NCBI GenBank assembly: GCA_947304365.1
Contig: CAMZAY010000001.1
Location: 1-30,037 of the forward strand
Direction of reading: 5' to 3'
Source: an uncultured Clostridia bacterium
GTDB taxonomy: Bacteria > Bacillota > Clostridia > Christensenellales > CAG-138
Length of the DNA stretch: 30,037 nt
Under the pieces are notes generated by a model, which was given only the letters and a program-made list of their open reading frames with translations, was not told the DNA's origin and searched no databases. The position numbers were made by a program, and so were the translations under genes. Positions 26,664-30,037 of this stretch are shown here, piece by piece. Within the stretch, counting starts at the first letter, position 1. Each line of letters opens with the position of its first letter.

Positions 26664-27455
26664 TTACGCCGCTTCCTTCCTCCTCGGCAGGGCGAGGAGC
26701 ACTATGCCGAGGGCGAAGAGGAATATCGAAATGAATTGGCTTGTGGACAATGGGCCCACGAAGCCGCGGTAGGCGTCGCCGCGGAAGAACTCGAGTATAA
26801 AGCGGTAGACGGGATACGTCACGAAATAGAGCCCGAGGAGCTTCCCATCGAGCTTCTTCTTCCTGAACAGCGCGAGGAGCACGAAGAACAGCGCGAAATT
26901 GAGCCCCGCTTCCACGAGCTGCACCGGGAAGCGCGAAACGCCGTTAGCGCCCTCCGCAAGGGAGTAATGATACACGAAGCCGCATTTGGACTCCACGCCG
27001 TAGCAGCACCCGCCGAGGAAACAGCCTATCCTGCCGAAGCCGTGGAAAAGCGGTATAGCGACCGCGCCGAGATCGTAATAGACCGATCTGTCCTTTTTTA
27101 CCTTGACGGCAAGATAGATCGCCCCGGCGATAAGGGCGCAGATGAGCCCGCCGTAGAACACCGCGCCGCCGAATATGACCGCGAGGCGCGAAACAAGCTC
27201 CTTAAAGGAGCCGATCGAGCCGAGCTCCTTTATGAGGAGTATGAGATCCCTGGATTTGGTGATCCCGTAGAGGATATGCCCGCCTATCAGCGCGCCGAGC
27301 CCGGCGAAAAGAAGCATCATCTGCGCGCGCATATAATCCGCGCCGCGCTTTTTGCCGATCGCGGGGATGAGGAATATGCACACGATCGCGCCGACGCCGG
27401 CCATGACTCCGTATATCGACAGCGTTCTGTTGAATATGTGGATTTCAGGTATCAT
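26664..27455 (-). CDS. lgt: Prolipoprotein diacylglyceryl transferase family protein
   Basis: SIYG near the N-terminus, GAVFYGG, GRIGCFLGGCCYG, PVQLVE and RFILEFFRGD. Likely start 27455. Confidence 0.88.
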   Translation of the reverse strand: MIPEIHIFNRTLSIYGVMAGVGAIVCIFLIPAIGKKRGADYMRAQMMLLFAGLGALIGGHILYGITKSRDLILLIKELGSIGSFKELVSRLAVIFGGAVFYGGLICALIAGAIYLAVKVKKDRSVYYDLGAVAIPLFHGFGRIGCFLGGCCYGVESKCGFVYHYSLAEGANGVSRFPVQLVEAGLNFALFFVLLALFRKKKLDGKLLGLYFVTYPVYRFILEFFRGDAYRGFVGPLSTSQFISIFLFALGIVLLALPRRKEAA

Positions 27456-27471
27456 TATGCGAAAACCGTTT

Positions 27472-27506
27472 AAAAAAGCAGACACGGGGACGCGCCCCAT
27501 GCCTGC
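27472..27506 (-). terminator. Intrinsic terminator between the DUF4190-like gene and lgt
   Basis: GCAGGCATGGGG-cgcgt-CCCCGTGTCTGC (12 bp, two G-T pairs) followed by T6. Confidence 0.78.
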
Positions 27507-27520
27507 ATTCTCCGTTAAGA

Positions 27521-27820
27521 TCAGTAATTGATGTTGTCAAGCATTCCGGCACTGCCGGCAGCGCAGGTGCAGATCGTGCAGCCGAGGTATACGACAAACA
27601 GGACGATACCGAGGATGAGACCTACGATGGAGAGGGTGCGGCCGATCTTAGCCATCTTGGTGGGCTCGCCATTCGCCTCTGCAAGGGGCAGCGCCTTGTT
27701 GCCGAGAACGAGACCGATGATACCGGCGATGACGCCGGGAATACCATAGCCCCAGCTAAGAACGATACTTGCAATACCCAGGATCAGGGTCGCAATAGAC
27801 TTGCCTTTTGAAGATTCCAT
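27521..27820 (-). CDS. DUF4190-like small membrane protein
   Basis: AGGAGG RBS. SIATLILGIASI...GIIGLVLG...MAKIGRTLSIVGLILG is a DUF4190-like pattern. Confidence 0.75.
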   Translation of the reverse strand: MESSKGKSIATLILGIASIVLSWGYGIPGVIAGIIGLVLGNKALPLAEANGEPTKMAKIGRTLSIVGLILGIVLFVVYLGCTICTCAAGSAGMLDNINY

Positions 27821-27853
27821 TATTATATTCCTCCTAACCAAAGAATTGACTAT

Positions 27854-27882
27854 ATTTTACCCCCTTAACGGAGATATGTCAA
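27854..27882 (-). promoter_or_regulatory. Sigma-A promoter
   Basis: TTGACA-N17-TAAAAT. Confidence 0.78.
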
Positions 27883-27889
27883 CATTTTT

Positions 27890-28174
27890 TTATCCGATCC
27901 GCGAGGCGCACCATCCGCAGCCCGTGCAGAACAAAAAGCCCGACATGACGACCGCAGAAATCACGATACCGATTATCGAGAGGGTCCTGCCCGTATTGGC
28001 CATCCTTGCCCGCTCGTCATACGCGGGGGCGAGAAGCAGCGCCTTGTTTGCCATCACGAGCCCGACGATGCCCGAAGCCAGCCCGATGAAGCTGAGCGCG
28101 CTGAAAATCGAAAGCTGCAGACTGAACGCGCCCAGCGCGAGCGACGCGATCGAAAAACCCCTGAATCGACCCAT
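27890..28174 (-). CDS. DUF4190-like small membrane protein, paralog of 27521..27820
   Basis: GGAGG RBS. SIASLALG...GIVGLVMANKAL...MANTGRTLSIIG. Confidence 0.72.
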   Translation of the reverse strand: MGRFRGFSIASLALGAFSLQLSIFSALSFIGLASGIVGLVMANKALLLAPAYDERARMANTGRTLSIIGIVISAVVMSGFLFCTGCGWCASRIG

Positions 28175-28202
28175 TTGATCACCTCCCGACGGATCTTATA
28201 TT

Positions 28203-28231
28203 ATTTTACTCCCCTCCGCGCGATCTGTCAA
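28203..28231 (-). promoter_or_regulatory. Sigma-A promoter
   Basis: TTGACA-N17-TAAAAT. Confidence 0.78.
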
Positions 28232-28433
28232 CACGCCGCGCGAAAATACCCCGAGGCAGAGTCAAAATAATATATTTTGAAAATATTAAAAAATTGTTAA
28301 CAAAGGACGGAACCTTTTGGGTATCTCATGCGTTATATAAGCGACGGAGGCAAATGCGAGGACGCCTCCGAGCCATAAGGGGAAGTAGTCGCCCCCCTTA
28401 AGGCAAAGTTGGTTTTCTTCCTTTCTGAAAAAG

Positions 28434-28465
28434 AAAAACGGCAGTTTGCTAACTGCCGTTTTTTT
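28434..28465. terminator. Intrinsic terminator (bidirectional geometry) after the AI-2E transporter
   Basis: Perfect 13-bp stem AAAAACGGCAGTT-TGCT-AACTGCCGTTTTT. Confidence 0.85.
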
Positions 28466-28472
28466 ATTCCTT

Positions 28473-29663
28473 TCATTCGGCGGGTCTTGCGGCCGCTTCC
28501 ATCCGCTCCTTCTTTTCCTTCTCCGCCTGCTTTTCGGCGTTGCGTTTTTTGACCCAATCGCCGAATATGCGGTAAATGACGGCGGCGGTGGGCACTGCAA
28601 CGAGGAGGCCGCCCACTCCGAACAGGCCGCCGGCGACGACTATCGCCGCAAGCACGAGCATGCCGGGTATGCCTACGGCGTCGCCGACGATGCGCGGATA
28701 GACGAGGTTGTCGTCGATCGCCTGGATGCCTATTATCATAAGCACGAACCACAGCGCGAGCCAGGGATTATCCTGCCTGGTCATGAGTATTATGAGCGCG
28801 GAGGGCACGGTGCTTGCCCAGGGGCCGATTATGGGTATCAGCGCGGCGAGGCAGATGAACACGGAAATCAGCTCCGGATAGGGCATGCGGAATATCCTCA
28901 TGCCGATGTAGCAGAGCACGCCGATTATGATGCAGCTTGTGAGCTGACCTGTGATGTAGCGCTTGAAGGTGGTGTTCGCGTAGCTTGCATAATGCATGAA
29001 GCCCTTGAAATGCTCCGCGGGGATTATCGCGGCGGCGGTCTTTTCGGCAAAGCGCTGTATCTTTTCCTTGCGGATGAGCGTATGCACGCTTATGACCATT
29101 GTAACGATCACGCTGTAAAGCACGCCTATTACGGAGACGGTAAGGCGCGGTATCTTGGGCAGGAAATTGACGGCGAAATTGTTTATCCGCTGCATCAGAT
29201 TTGCGAAGACCTTTTCAAGCACGCTGTACGCCTCGGGACTGAGCGAGAGCTCCTCCGTCCACTTGTTGACGTGCTCCGTGATGAACGCGATATAGACGTC
29301 CAGATTCGAGACGAGCGTGATTATGCTGCCGACGACCTTCGGCACGACGAGAGCGGACACGAGCGCGATTATCCCGAGCACCAGCACATAAGTTATTACG
29401 ACGCAGACCGCCCTTGCGAGGCGGGGCTTTTTCGCCTTGAGCTTTTTGAATACGCGATCCTCGAAAAAGCGCATGGGAAGGTTTAGCACGAACGCCACGC
29501 AGAGGCCGTAGAGGATGGGCGCGACGACCTTGCCGAAAGTCGACACAGCGCTGCGCACGGGGCCGAAGTGCTCCAGTATCTCATAGAGCACGACTCCCAG
29601 CACGACGATCAGCGCGGCGGCTATCGCGATCCTTCTCTTTTCTCCTTTAAGCAGTGTTTTCAC
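28473..29663 (-). CDS. AI-2E family transporter (PerM-like)
   Basis: APILYGLCVAFVLNLPMRFFE, YITGQL, LIPIIGPW and DNLVYPRIVGDAVG. GTG start after GGAGG. Confidence 0.9.
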   Translation of the reverse strand: MKTLLKGEKRRIAIAAALIVVLGVVLYEILEHFGPVRSAVSTFGKVVAPILYGLCVAFVLNLPMRFFEDRVFKKLKAKKPRLARAVCVVITYVLVLGIIALVSALVVPKVVGSIITLVSNLDVYIAFITEHVNKWTEELSLSPEAYSVLEKVFANLMQRINNFAVNFLPKIPRLTVSVIGVLYSVIVTMVISVHTLIRKEKIQRFAEKTAAAIIPAEHFKGFMHYASYANTTFKRYITGQLTSCIIIGVLCYIGMRIFRMPYPELISVFICLAALIPIIGPWASTVPSALIILMTRQDNPWLALWFVLMIIGIQAIDDNLVYPRIVGDAVGIPGMLVLAAIVVAGGLFGVGGLLVAVPTAAVIYRIFGDWVKKRNAEKQAEKEKKERMEAAARPAE

Positions 29664-29733
29664 GGCTTTCCTCCGTAAAAAGCGAACGTGGTATTATTCT
29701 TTCCCGAAGCGCGGCCCGGGATACGGCGAAAGA

Positions 29734-30036
29734 TCAATCGTTCCCGCGGAGACGCTTGTCCGCCCAAAGCTCCACCGTTATATAGGCGCTTATCGCGTCT
29801 ATCGCGCGTTTGTTGTGACCGCCGTGCATAACGGCGAAATCGGCGCGGCGGATGTATTTTGAAACGACCTCGTCATACCAGGGTTTGACCGTCGCCACGT
29901 ACTGTTCCGCAACGCCGTTGATCTCCCTGCCCCTTTCCTGCGTGTCGCGCAGCATCCTTCTCAAAAGACACATATCGGGGTCGACATGCATATAGACCTT
30001 GAGGCTCATCCTGTCCATAAGCTCCTGATTATAAAA
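29734..30036 (-). CDS. udk: Uridine kinase, 3' part (gene starts beyond the window)
   Basis: ...LKVYMHVDPDMCLLRRMLRDTQERGR...QYVATVKP...ADFAVMHGGHNKRAID. The frame is open to the window edge. Confidence 0.82.
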   Translation of the reverse strand, partial: FYNQELMDRMSLKVYMHVDPDMCLLRRMLRDTQERGREINGVAEQYVATVKPWYDEVVSKYIRRADFAVMHGGHNKRAIDAISAYITVELWADKRLRGND

Positions 30037-30037
30037 G

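Noticed and set aside
28326-28376. 16-aa minus-strand mini-ORF MARRRPRICLRRLYNA, and an overlapping 15-aa plus-strand ORF
   Set aside because: SD spacing is poor (15 nt and 3 nt respectively), and ORFs this short arise by chance.

Overview
High-GC chromosomal window from a Clostridia-like Firmicute (inferred from gene content and promoter style). No IS, prophage, CRISPR or RNA gene is evident. In order it contains: an ECF sigma/ZAS anti-sigma pair; a MATE-ABC-GNAT operon divergent from a stand-alone luxE/luxC-family pair; an EamA/DMT transporter with a secreted hypothetical protein; galK coupled to a PT-repeat transglutaminase-like lipoprotein; a complete 9-gene V/A-type ATPase operon (G/H-I-K-E-C-F-A-B-D) with Na+-type c subunit; a second DMT transporter; murC followed by two paralogous beta-propeller-like envelope proteins; lgt; two paralogous DUF4190-like membrane proteins; an AI-2E family transporter; and the 3' end of uridine kinase. 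Most of it is housekeeping. The best leads are the luxEC module lacking luxAB/luxD, a 300-nt repeat- and hairpin-rich spacer inside the ATPase operon, the murC-linked propeller pair, a probable CTG start plus ECF-type promoter for the sigma factor, a signal-peptide-like leader on subunit K, and a probably leaderless mRNA. All protein assignments come from motif recognition by eye; no database search was run.
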